IMG/VR virus record: IMGVR_UViG_3300031754_000006 | Span: 1 to 57,992 of that record | Reading direction: 5' to 3' (one strand) | DNA length: 57,992 bases | From: a virus | Lineage: Duplodnaviria; Caudoviricetes | Shown: one piece after another, positions 36,194 to 45,078 of the stretch | Layout of the letters: every line of letters begins with the position of its first letter | Numbering within the stretch: position 1 is the first letter of the stretch | Notes under the pieces: model-generated | Seen by the model: only the letters and a program-made list of their open reading frames with translations | What the model was told of the DNA's origin: nothing | The model's database searches: none | Program-made: the position numbers and the translations under genes

Positions 36194-36459
36194 AGGGTCG
36201 CGATATGCGCTGTCCAGAATGCGGCAAAGGCTTTCCGGACGTCATCCCGGATTATGACCTGGATGAGGATACCGCCCACCTAGCTTGGTCGGGGCTAGCC
36301 TCGTCCCACATGATCGAGGAATGCGAGGGCGGACATATCGTCTGGATTAACAGCACGCTCCGGGACGGTAAAGTTCAGCACGAATTCAAGGTGAGCGCGA
36401 AGAATCGCCATGAGCGCAGACGACCCAACCAAGGTGGAGATAGCCCAGGCCCTCTGTGA
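36190..36459 (+). CDS. hypothetical Zn-finger-like protein
   Basis: CPECGKGF..H...C. Confidence 0.45.
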   Translation: MKGRDMRCPECGKGFPDVIPDYDLDEDTAHLAWSGLASSHMIEECEGGHIVWINSTLRDGKVQHEFKVSAKNRHERRRPNQGGDSPGPL

Positions 36460-36667
36460 GGCCATCGGGTCCTTCGCAGCCAAGGAAATGATCGTCGGCT
36501 ACGATTTCGCCATCCTGATCTATTCTCCCCCCGATCCTGGATCCCCCGCCTCCGGAGTCATCGCCATGGCTACCGATTCCGGCCGGGAGGCTATTATCAA
36601 TGTCCTCACCGTACTAAAGTCCCGTCTAGAAACTAAACCGAACGGGACGGGAGAATACAAACAATGA
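36410..36667 (+). CDS. hypothetical protein
   Basis: 85 aa ORF. Confidence 0.5.
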   Translation: MSADDPTKVEIAQALCEAIGSFAAKEMIVGYDFAILIYSPPDPGSPASGVIAMATDSGREAIINVLTVLKSRLETKPNGTGEYKQ

Positions 36668-36699
36668 CCTAGGCGCGGCTTACCGCCGCAGGAGGTCAC

Positions 36700-36936
36700 A
36701 TGTCCCGGTCACTGAGAAGGCACCATAACGCCCGAGTATTGGCAAAGTATCGCGAGGCAGCAAAAGGTATGTCGAGCCATGGGATGGATCCGCAGCGGCG
36801 CCAGAAATTCATTGAACGCACGGCGCGACAGCTTAGGAGCTATCACCATAGCTGCAGCTGGTGCCGGCATCCAGATGGCGCCTACAACCGCCGCCACACT
36901 GTCCAAGAAACACGCCGCGAGCTGTCTGAGTCTTAA
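36700..36936 (+). CDS. basic hypothetical protein with CSWC motif
   Basis: AGGAGG RBS. Confidence 0.55.
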   Translation: MSRSLRRHHNARVLAKYREAAKGMSSHGMDPQRRQKFIERTARQLRSYHHSCSWCRHPDGAYNRRHTVQETRRELSES

Positions 36937-36955
36937 CCACCAACGGAGCCACCAT

Positions 36956-38008
36956 ATGCGTATACTGCTATTCTTCGCGGCCCTCTTCCCTGCCCTCGCT
37001 TTCGCCAATCCGCAACCATTCGGACCGATCTACGGTCCATGCCCGATGGGCAGTAAGCCCTATCAAAGCATGGGGTCGAATCTCCAGACTTGTCAGTGGG
37101 TCTATCCAGGCGCGCCACGCGGAAAGGTTCTCTCGACTTGCATCAAAGAGGTGCCCTCAGGGCAGTGGACCCCTATGGTAGCCTCGTCATGCACTCCTGG
37201 CGTGGCAGCCACGAGCGCTGGCTATCCATGGGACGGGTATCAGGTCGTAGCCACCGCGCAGCTCCCGATCCGTGGGCAGGGCTTGCCCGGCTATTCCTTC
37301 GGATGCTTCACCGTGCCCGGCTACCTACCCAGCGACTATGGAGGCCAGGTCTTTTTTATATTCGGGGAGTCGCTTGAGTCTGCCACCTGGATCTTTCAGC
37401 CCGTGGTCGGGTGCTATCTGCAAACCGATGACCGCCACCCGACACTAGGCTGCTACATCGAATCCTGGAAAGCTAACTTTGGGGCTATCCGTGAAATCTC
37501 GACACCGATCCTAATTCACGGATTCGATCAGGTCTGCGGATGGGTGGCGGCCTCTAACTGTCACGCCGCTACGGGTATCTGCGACATGTGGCAGGTGACG
37601 ACCCGCGACATGACCACTGGACAACAGACCGTGCTCAACACGAATTCTGTAAACCTCTCCGGTGCTCCGGAGGTCGTCAACCTCGCCGTGGGCGCAGCGC
37701 TGGAGTCCTACAACGTCCCCGGGGACTCAACGAACGGAGTGAATTGCAGCGTTAACTACCCAGACAGTGGGAATATGCACATCAACTTTACTGAGGTGAG
37801 CATCTACGCCTGGATCGGTGACGCTTACAACACAAACGGCCAGCAAGTGTATACCTCCGCCGCGATGAATATCATCCCCTCCGATTGGAACATCACATAT
37901 CCTCTCCTTAGTACGACGGGTGATGTGTATTGCCATCCTGGGATCACAGTCTCTGGGCTGGACTCCTCGGGTGCTGAGGGCTTCACGCTTACCACCCATT
38001 ACCCGTAG
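36956..38008 (+). CDS. secreted beta-rich protein, possibly peptidase G1/A4-like fold
   Basis: signal peptide MRILLFFAALFPALAFA; FTVP, IFQPVV, WQVT..DMTTG, ALESY. Confidence 0.55.
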   Translation: MRILLFFAALFPALAFANPQPFGPIYGPCPMGSKPYQSMGSNLQTCQWVYPGAPRGKVLSTCIKEVPSGQWTPMVASSCTPGVAATSAGYPWDGYQVVATAQLPIRGQGLPGYSFGCFTVPGYLPSDYGGQVFFIFGESLESATWIFQPVVGCYLQTDDRHPTLGCYIESWKANFGAIREISTPILIHGFDQVCGWVAASNCHAATGICDMWQVTTRDMTTGQQTVLNTNSVNLSGAPEVVNLAVGAALESYNVPGDSTNGVNCSVNYPDSGNMHINFTEVSIYAWIGDAYNTNGQQVYTSAAMNIIPSDWNITYPLLSTTGDVYCHPGITVSGLDSSGAEGFTLTTHYP

Positions 38009-38019
38009 AGAGAACAATC

Positions 38020-38526
38020 ATGCGCGCAACTCTCATGGCGTTGATTCTGCTCTTCGCAGCGTGCAGCGCCGCGCAGCCTGAAACCGGAATCGACTGCGAA
38101 CCGATGAGCGTAGCCCTATCGGGCGGCCAGGGTGCGACTTGCCGCAATGTAGCCCCGTTGTGCCCGCCCGTCATATGCGTGGACGAAACAGGCACGCCCG
38201 TCTGCAACGGCGCAATGGCACAGTGCCCGCCGATCGGCACGACGCCCGTCTATATCATTTCCGCTGGCGGAACTCCTGATTGGGTGCCCGAGCGGCTGAC
38301 AGACGGCGGATATAACTATGAGTGCATGGCTCCAGTGTGCGGCCACCCCGGGTGTCCGACGGAGCCACGGCTACCGTTGGATCATGGGGGCCATCCCTGC
38401 GGCGAATGCCTCTACAAGCTCACTCCCCATTCATATCCATTGCCAGATCCTGTTGATTGCCTCTGCCCATGCGGTAACCCGAATGCATGCAACCCCACCG
38501 ATGGCGGCACTGGGACCTGTCCCTAA
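38020..38526 (+). CDS. Cys-rich lipoprotein
   Basis: lipobox FAAC; many Cys; DGG motifs. Confidence 0.65.
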   Translation: MRATLMALILLFAACSAAQPETGIDCEPMSVALSGGQGATCRNVAPLCPPVICVDETGTPVCNGAMAQCPPIGTTPVYIISAGGTPDWVPERLTDGGYNYECMAPVCGHPGCPTEPRLPLDHGGHPCGECLYKLTPHSYPLPDPVDCLCPCGNPNACNPTDGGTGTCP

Positions 38527-38533
38527 CTCAGGC

Positions 38534-38562
38534 TTGCACAAACGCAGGCTCCCTGCTAGACT
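38534..38562 (+). promoter_or_regulatory. extended -10 sigma70-like promoter
   Basis: TTGCAC-N17-TAGACT with TGn. Confidence 0.45.
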
Positions 38563-38593
38563 CTTCCCGTTGCCTCCGCCTCCCATGCTAGGT

Positions 38594-38623
38594 GCCCCCC
38601 AGTCCGCGCTGGGGGGCTTTTTT
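38594..38623 (+). terminator. intrinsic terminator at convergence of the two arms
   Basis: GCCCCCCAG/CTGGGGGGC stem plus T6. Confidence 0.85.
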
Positions 38624-39023
38624 AATGCCGCATGTAGGTTAAAAACGCCAGTATTGCCATCACAATCACCTGCACGACCCCGAAGCCAGCGCCTAGCATC
38701 CAGATGCGCCCGTCTAAATTGGCTTGCTTGGCGATGACGCTGTTGATTGCTGCAGTAAGGGCCGTATGGGTGGTCGCAACGGCTTGGGCATCGGCAAACT
38801 TCATGGCCTGCTCCCGGAGCTGATCTCGGAACTGGTTCATGCCCTCCAGTCTTGCCTCCACCGCCCGTTCAGCCTTATTGATGGCGATCTCATTCGCGTT
38901 GAAACGCTGCTCGATAATCTCACGCACATTCCGATCTTGACTCTCCATGGTGTGACGCAGATCGGAGAGTAGGGCCGTGAGGTAGTCCCGAAGTGGGATA
39001 GCGAAATGCGTGATATCGTCCAC
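38622..39023 (-). CDS. coiled-coil protein with C-terminal TM (lysis-module-like)
   Basis: GGGAGG RBS; C-terminal hydrophobic helix. Confidence 0.6.
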   Translation of the reverse strand: MDDITHFAIPLRDYLTALLSDLRHTMESQDRNVREIIEQRFNANEIAINKAERAVEARLEGMNQFRDQLREQAMKFADAQAVATTHTALTAAINSVIAKQANLDGRIWMLGAGFGVVQVIVMAILAFLTYMRH

Positions 39024-39110
39024 CGCGCGCCTCCCCGGCCATCGCCAATTTCAGTTTACGCCCCGCTTTGTTCCTGACACAACCAGTGCGATAAGCGCAC
39101 CCTAGAATGC

Positions 39111-39212
39111 ATGATCTGGTGGCTTATTGCTGGGGCCATCCTGGTTGTGGGCATGTGGTTCCTTATAGGGCCACCCACTAACCATAAGGGTCCTACTGCT
39201 CGCACTCCCTGA
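39111..39212 (+). CDS. 33-aa single-TM peptide (MIWWLIAGAILVVGMWFLIGPP...)
   Basis: fills an intergenic gap; no clear RBS. Confidence 0.3.
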   Translation: MIWWLIAGAILVVGMWFLIGPPTNHKGPTARTP

Positions 39213-39462
39213 TCTGATCTTTCAGGCAGATCCGGTAAATGTTCCTCCCGGCTGCCTCTAAGCGCTCTTTGTCCTCCTCGCGCTGAGTTTTGATAATATC
39301 CAATTGTGTCCGTAATGGCGCTACCTTCTCTTCCGCCGCCATGGCCGCAATCGATACGATCTCACCCTTCACTGCCAACAGGACCGCTCCTACCCCAGCA
39401 ATGATGAGCAGGAAGCCCCAGACGATACGCCCTGTCTTGTTCAGCGGCCCGGTGTCCGGCAT
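39193..39462 (-). CDS. TM plus coiled-coil protein (lysis-module-like)
   Basis: N-terminal TM, two C-terminal Cys. Confidence 0.55.
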   Translation of the reverse strand: MPDTGPLNKTGRIVWGFLLIIAGVGAVLLAVKGEIVSIAAMAAEEKVAPLRTQLDIIKTQREEDKERLEAAGRNIYRICLKDQIRECEQ

Positions 39463-39466
39463 GCCC

Positions 39467-40144
39467 CTACTGTGTCACGCCTGCGATTTTTAGGAGATTC
39501 AGGGACGTGAAAATGTAAGCGTTCTTGCCCGAGTCAAAAACTGTTGTGTCCCCGATGAGCCGGCCCCCGATTCCGAGGTCCAGGTAGCCAGCCAGGATGC
39601 TCACGATGACGCTGAGAGCGCCCCCCTGATCGCCTGGCGTCGTCGCTAGCGAGCCGTAGAGCCCTACCCCGAGCTGAGATAGCCCCGTCCCGTAGACGAG
39701 CACCACGCCCACGCCAGGGTCCACCGCAGCGCTCACCGTGCCTGAGAAGCTAAGCCTCGCCAGGGACATGGTGAGCCCCGGGCAGAGCAAGCCGCCCCCA
39801 ACGGGCACGCAGGTGCTAGTATCGATCGGGACAGGCGGAGTGTCTGCATACTTGCCAGTGGCCGTCTTGGGAGGGGCCTGCAGGTAGTGGTGCTCGATCA
39901 TGACCGGAGCAGCCCGCGCAAGACCTGGCAGCGCACAGAGCAACAGCAGCGGCGCTACCTTGGCGATCGGGGCTGGAACATGGCCATCCTTCGCTGCCGC
40001 TCCCAAGGCCAACACCACCGCAGCCACCACATGCCATGCTGCGCCAGTCTGCCCATTCAGGTACGCTGCAACCTCTACTGCCACAGCGCCAAACAGCCCG
40101 ATAAGCGTAGTGACGATGTTTCCCAGCACTGCCTGCTTAATCAT
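39467..40144 (-). CDS. membrane protein with holin-like N-terminus
   Basis: two TM helices ending AAKD, then a signal-like segment and beta-rich domain. Confidence 0.5.
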   Translation of the reverse strand: MIKQAVLGNIVTTLIGLFGAVAVEVAAYLNGQTGAAWHVVAAVVLALGAAAKDGHVPAPIAKVAPLLLLCALPGLARAAPVMIEHHYLQAPPKTATGKYADTPPVPIDTSTCVPVGGGLLCPGLTMSLARLSFSGTVSAAVDPGVGVVLVYGTGLSQLGVGLYGSLATTPGDQGGALSVIVSILAGYLDLGIGGRLIGDTTVFDSGKNAYIFTSLNLLKIAGVTQ

Positions 40145-40152
40145 GGTGCCTC

Positions 40153-42894
40153 CTAGCCTACGGGTTGACTGTCAGCCTTCAGATTAAACAGTGCCACACG
40201 GACGGCCTGCCCGTAAGGAGTGGGAAGTGTCAGGGCATTATCAGTGAAGAGATCCGGACTCCAGCTCGGGCTAAGTGACCATGCGGTCCAGCCACAGACC
40301 GGATGCAGGCTGCCTAGACTGGGCTCGATAAGCGCCTTGAGTGGCGTAGCCGAAGAGGCATCCCACCATGTCTTAGTCGAATCCGTGGGATTGGTATCGT
40401 CCCCCCACTCGGTCATAAAGATGGCCTGCCCCGAGGCTAGCCCTTGAGTGATCTGCTGCTGATTCGAGGTGAAGGCTTCGTATTGGCTCCGGTACTGATG
40501 CAGCGTATATGCGATATTAGTCCCCGTGAGCGGACTAGCCGTGGCCTCCCCCACCCAAGCACTGAAAAACGGCGGAGGCACCAAGATCACGTTATTAGCA
40601 GTGGCGCGGATGGTATTCACAACGCCTTGAATCACCGGCTTCTGTGCTGCCCAAGAGCCCGGACCTCCTGAAATCCCGTCTACGTCACAGCTCTCATTCC
40701 ACAGCTCGAAAAGGACCTGAGGATCGTTCGCCCACTGGCTTTGCGCCATGAGCGTCCAGAAGGCGGTTAGCCGCGCGCTCATGAGCGGATGGTGCGCCGG
40801 GCCGAAGTCGAAGTTGCAAATGATGACGTAAAGCCCAGCGGCTTTTGCGGCTGTAATAGCCGGATCCATGACCTTCGATTTCCAGTCTTGGAAGTTGGCA
40901 AGGGCCTGGGCTGGCGTGTAATCCGGCGAGTCATACTGCCAGGACACAAGACCATCCACTAGATACTGCTGCCCGTCATCCGTAATAGGCGTAAGCGCCT
41001 GGAGCGGCGTTGTACCGCTCGTCCCAAACTCTCCGATATACAGCCACACGTTGCCGAAGATATCGGTTGAGCTGCCTGCTGCCTGCGTCGGCCCGCCGCT
41101 CCAGCTCGGATTAGTAGGTACAGGGCCCGGGGTAGCAGGAACAGCCGTACACTGGTAAACGTGGCTCCCAGCATTCGGATCCCAGGCTGAGACCACATCC
41201 CCAACGATATAGGCTCCCGGATTCCATGCTTGACCGCGATCGGCTCTCCACTTCCGCTGGATTACCCGGTAGCGATTCCCTCCCGCCGTGGCAATCTCCT
41301 GGGTCGCATAATTCGTGCTCGGTTGCCATGCCGGGAACGCGATCGTATCCGGCATCGCATAAGGCACATTTTCAACGGTATAGAGCCTCGTCGGATCCGT
41401 GCAGGGGAAGCGTTCAAAGCAGAGACGAATAGCCGTTGAATTCCACGGCTGCCCCTGCCCGTCCACTTGAACCGCGCGCTTTACATAGTCCGTAATCGAC
41501 ACCGGCAGATATGTGCCCGGATTGGCCTTATCTCCATACACCATACCCATGCCCTGGCTGGAGACGCCGCGCAGAATTACCCGATTGCCTAACGTATCGT
41601 TCAAGGCACTGCCATTCACGTGCAGCGCGGGGCGCACGCCTGGAGTAGGCGTAGGCGGCGAAGGCACCGGAGGAACAGGAACCGGAGGCGTGGAGCTGGG
41701 TTCCGCGTACCGCCAGACACCAGCCAAATAGCAACCCGCCACGACAACGGCCAGCCCATCCGGCCCGGTAGTAACCGCCGCCTGCTTCCACCCGTTTGTC
41801 ATTCCGGCTGGAGCGGTAACCTTGGTCCAGGCCGTGTCATTGGTGCGGCTAGCAACTTGGAGGCATGGATCTCCAGCCGTGGTGACTGCCGAGCCCATGG
41901 AGGAATACAGGAAAGCAGGGGTTGCAACGACACCGTTGGAGTTGATCGTGGAAACGCGGGTCCAAGTCAGGCCACCATCAGCCGTCTTGAAGATACCTGC
42001 TGCCCCGTTCTTATCGACACCGCCGATCTGAGCCACAAGCGGGCTCTCCCAGGCTAGCTGTGAGCTGCCATGGAAATGCTCAATCGTGGCGACCTGTACC
42101 CACATATTCCCTGAATCAGTGGTGTGCCAGATGCCCTCGGTATTGCCATTCCACTGAGCTACAGTAAGCCAAGTTGACCGACTGCCCGGCACAAAGTAGG
42201 GATAAAGGCTCGTCCCAATCCCGGCCGGCACAGGCACCGTGCGCCACGTCTTGGCACCGTCTAGGCTCTCCGAGATGCCGGGGAATCCGTGCATGCCGCA
42301 CAGGATGTGAGTCGCATCGGCCGGGTCAATGGCGTAGCTATAAACATCGTTTTGGAAATAGCTGTTTCCGCTGGCCGCCAGCGCCGTTGCATTGTTTACC
42401 TTGTAGGCGGCCCATGAAACACCGCCGTCCAGGCTCACGATCGCGCCTACTGCGGCATTCCCAGCCGCAGTAAACAGCATCGGTGGTCCGCTCGGGTTCG
42501 CCGGATTCGTGGCGATGGCAAGTGCCCATGGCTTCCCGGCTGTGACGAGACTACCGCCTGTGCCCGTGTTGATCGGCCCCTGGAAGCTCTGCGCTGTATC
42601 AGTCGATTTCCAGATACCCTGATGCGCTACGCCCATATAGACGTCAGTGGGCCGCGCTGGATCAACCACTAGCGGCAATTCACCGTAATTATCATTTCCG
42701 AATGCTCCCGCCGTGAGGTTAATGCCTGGCGGCGTGACATTAACCCACACTCCCGCCGCAGGCACCGGAATTGGCACCGGGGGAATCGGCGGGGGTGTGG
42801 GAGGCACCGCAGCGGTCACCACCACGCTTGCGGAATAAGTTCCGGGTGTGGCGCCAGGAATTTGGAGATTGACTACTACGGTTGGGTCGGCCAT
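40153..42894 (-). CDS. beta-propeller plus GH5-like glycoside hydrolase with inserted CBM-like repeats
   Basis: Asp boxes (SLDGGVSW, TADGGLTW); LRGVS, AIRL, FELWNES, LHQY, FMTEWG, GWTAWS. Confidence 0.75.
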   Translation of the reverse strand: MADPTVVVNLQIPGATPGTYSASVVVTAAVPPTPPPIPPVPIPVPAAGVWVNVTPPGINLTAGAFGNDNYGELPLVVDPARPTDVYMGVAHQGIWKSTDTAQSFQGPINTGTGGSLVTAGKPWALAIATNPANPSGPPMLFTAAGNAAVGAIVSLDGGVSWAAYKVNNATALAASGNSYFQNDVYSYAIDPADATHILCGMHGFPGISESLDGAKTWRTVPVPAGIGTSLYPYFVPGSRSTWLTVAQWNGNTEGIWHTTDSGNMWVQVATIEHFHGSSQLAWESPLVAQIGGVDKNGAAGIFKTADGGLTWTRVSTINSNGVVATPAFLYSSMGSAVTTAGDPCLQVASRTNDTAWTKVTAPAGMTNGWKQAAVTTGPDGLAVVVAGCYLAGVWRYAEPSSTPPVPVPPVPSPPTPTPGVRPALHVNGSALNDTLGNRVILRGVSSQGMGMVYGDKANPGTYLPVSITDYVKRAVQVDGQGQPWNSTAIRLCFERFPCTDPTRLYTVENVPYAMPDTIAFPAWQPSTNYATQEIATAGGNRYRVIQRKWRADRGQAWNPGAYIVGDVVSAWDPNAGSHVYQCTAVPATPGPVPTNPSWSGGPTQAAGSSTDIFGNVWLYIGEFGTSGTTPLQALTPITDDGQQYLVDGLVSWQYDSPDYTPAQALANFQDWKSKVMDPAITAAKAAGLYVIICNFDFGPAHHPLMSARLTAFWTLMAQSQWANDPQVLFELWNESCDVDGISGGPGSWAAQKPVIQGVVNTIRATANNVILVPPPFFSAWVGEATASPLTGTNIAYTLHQYRSQYEAFTSNQQQITQGLASGQAIFMTEWGDDTNPTDSTKTWWDASSATPLKALIEPSLGSLHPVCGWTAWSLSPSWSPDLFTDNALTLPTPYGQAVRVALFNLKADSQPVG

Positions 42895-42900
42895 AGGGGG

Positions 42901-43719
42901 TTAGGCCCCCTTGGTCTCATATGGCGAGTAGGGCTGTGACAGACGCTGCATATCAGCCACCAGCGCAGCCTGATCGAAGTTAGACGGCGACAGCCCGTTC
43001 GCTCCGATCCAGTTATCGCTCGTCACAACGTAATTAACATTGGTATAGGTCTTCCAAAAGCCCCAGGTCATCCACTGGAGGCCCTGCCAAGTCGTACAGG
43101 CGATCCCCTTCGCCACGTTGTAGCCCACGATAAAGACGCAGTGACCGCCCCAGGAACCGGGGGCACCTTCGCCAACGGGGCCACCAGAAGGCACCGCCCA
43201 CGGCCCATTAAAAGTCTGAAGTTGGGCAGAGACAGGCAGATTGAGGCAACAGATAAAGCCGCCATACATCGTGGTGGCCACCTCCGCCTGCATGCGATCG
43301 GGATCGATATACGCAAACCCGTCGCACTTATTGCCGCCGATTCCGGTATTGAGCCAGTACGAGAGAAGCTGTAGCGGATCGGTACCGAGATCGGTAAGAG
43401 GATTAGTAGGATCATAGCCACCCACCACCTCATAGGCATCCAGGATCGCCGAGTAAGGCAACTCAACCGGATTCTTTGTGAGCGTCGACCACGTGAGCAC
43501 GCCGTTGCCTACAGCAGCCTCGACGCAATCGCCGATCGAGCCCTGTCCCGAGTTGTGATAGTCGGGATAAGTGATCCCGTAGGTATTATCGATCTCGAAT
43601 GGAGGCAGCGGCAGTCCTCCGGGAAGGTTGGTTTTCAGGTACTTAGTAAAATGCGGCACCCTCGGATCGTGGGTGATCGGACGCTTCAGCATCTTCACGG
43701 TGCGGAAATCAAAGGGCAT
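42901..43719 (-). CDS. papain-fold cysteine peptidase-like protein
   Basis: IGDCVEAA (Cys), WGGHCVFIVGY (His), TW..Q.MTWGFW. Confidence 0.7.
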   Translation of the reverse strand: MPFDFRTVKMLKRPITHDPRVPHFTKYLKTNLPGGLPLPPFEIDNTYGITYPDYHNSGQGSIGDCVEAAVGNGVLTWSTLTKNPVELPYSAILDAYEVVGGYDPTNPLTDLGTDPLQLLSYWLNTGIGGNKCDGFAYIDPDRMQAEVATTMYGGFICCLNLPVSAQLQTFNGPWAVPSGGPVGEGAPGSWGGHCVFIVGYNVAKGIACTTWQGLQWMTWGFWKTYTNVNYVVTSDNWIGANGLSPSNFDQAALVADMQRLSQPYSPYETKGA

Positions 43720-43728
43720 GGATTTATC

Positions 43729-44055
43729 CTAAAGAGACACAACCGGGTTGAATGAAGCTACCGCCGCAGGGAGCGCTACAAAGAACTGAATATGATTCGT
43801 AACCGTGCCGTTGACCCCAGGCCCGGCGATATCGACCCTGCATGGCCCTGCAACTCCCAGCACTGTCACTGTCGCAGAAAGGCCATCGCCCGCCGCCACC
43901 ACAGACATCACGGTAGGCTGAGTCACGGACCAGACCGGCGCTTGCGTGGGCGTAGCTGCTCCACCGCCAGGGCCAACCGGATTTAAGTTAATGACAAACG
44001 GCGCCTGAGTTGTAGTGATAATGACCGGTGCATTAGTAGTCTGCGTTAATGCCAT
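43729..44055 (-). CDS. small Ig-like beta protein
   Basis: PVWSV...DGLSATVT. Confidence 0.55.
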   Translation of the reverse strand: MALTQTTNAPVIITTTQAPFVINLNPVGPGGGAATPTQAPVWSVTQPTVMSVVAAGDGLSATVTVLGVAGPCRVDIAGPGVNGTVTNHIQFFVALPAAVASFNPVVSL

Positions 44056-44064
44056 AAGGGCCCT

Positions 44065-45078
44065 CTAGGCCACATAGGTAAGCACTACGATCCCGTCTGA
44101 ACCGGCTTTCCCTGCTCCGCCGGCTGCTCCATTGCCACCGCCGGCACCACCGCCACCGCCGCCACCGCCACCGCCACCGCCGACGCCGCCTGTTCCAACA
44201 CCGACGCTTGAAGCGCCTGCAATGCCATTGCCTCCCGAATTACCCCCGTTGCCTCCCTTATTGCCGCGCCCGGCATTAGCAGCAGGGACGCTGCTTGTCA
44301 GGTCAACTTGATAAATCTGCGGAATCGATGCAGTACCTCCAGGGGAACCCGCCCCACCGCCGCCCTGCGTGCTTGAATTTCCGTTCCCGCCGTTACCAGA
44401 GGCCCCTACAAGACGAGTGCCCGTACCAAACGCCCACCCCGCTAACGCTTCGTCCGCATTAGCTGTTGTGCCGCTCCCGTTACCACCAGCCGTTGTGCCC
44501 CCACCACCACCAGCGACAGAAGCTGTAACTGTTGCGGTATCCTGCATATCGTAGGCTGGCGGCAATGCGACCGTCGCTGCGGCTGCTGCTCCACCAACAC
44601 CAGCCGAGCCTACTGCCCCAGCCGTCCCCAAGAGGCCCCCTGCTCCGCCAATGCCACCGGTCTGGCTCGCATTCGTACCGGCAGCAGCAATCACGTTGAC
44701 GCTATCGCTCGCGCCAACGATAGACGAAACACCACCAGCACTTCCTGCGGTACCATTAGCCCCCGCCGCACCATTGGCCCCGCCCGCACCACCCGCTCCC
44801 ACCGTAATGGTATAGCTATTGCCAGGCGTAACATTCAAAATACACATGCGTGCGGCGACCGATTGGCCAGCAGAACCACCTGACCCCCCCCCGCCACCTC
44901 CGCCGGCCGCTGCAGCCCCAGCACCGCCTCCCGCGCCACCACCGCCCCCGCCAGCACCAGGACGGATCGTAGCGTGTACCGTAGTAATTCCTCCAGGTGC
45001 CACCCACGTATAAGGTGAACCTGAGGGAATAAATACCTGCCGTGTCAACGTCGGAGTAGGAGCGAAAAGCGGAGCCAT
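44065..45078 (-). CDS. glycine-rich virion protein
   Basis: WVAPGGIT...GAGGGGG, VTPGNSYTITVGAGGAGG, GSDGIVVLTY. Confidence 0.75.
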   Translation of the reverse strand: MAPLFAPTPTLTRQVFIPSGSPYTWVAPGGITTVHATIRPGAGGGGGGAGGGAGAAAAGGGGGGGSGGSAGQSVAARMCILNVTPGNSYTITVGAGGAGGANGAAGANGTAGSAGGVSSIVGASDSVNVIAAAGTNASQTGGIGGAGGLLGTAGAVGSAGVGGAAAAATVALPPAYDMQDTATVTASVAGGGGGTTAGGNGSGTTANADEALAGWAFGTGTRLVGASGNGGNGNSSTQGGGGAGSPGGTASIPQIYQVDLTSSVPAANAGRGNKGGNGGNSGGNGIAGASSVGVGTGGVGGGGGGGGGGGGAGGGNGAAGGAGKAGSDGIVVLTYVA

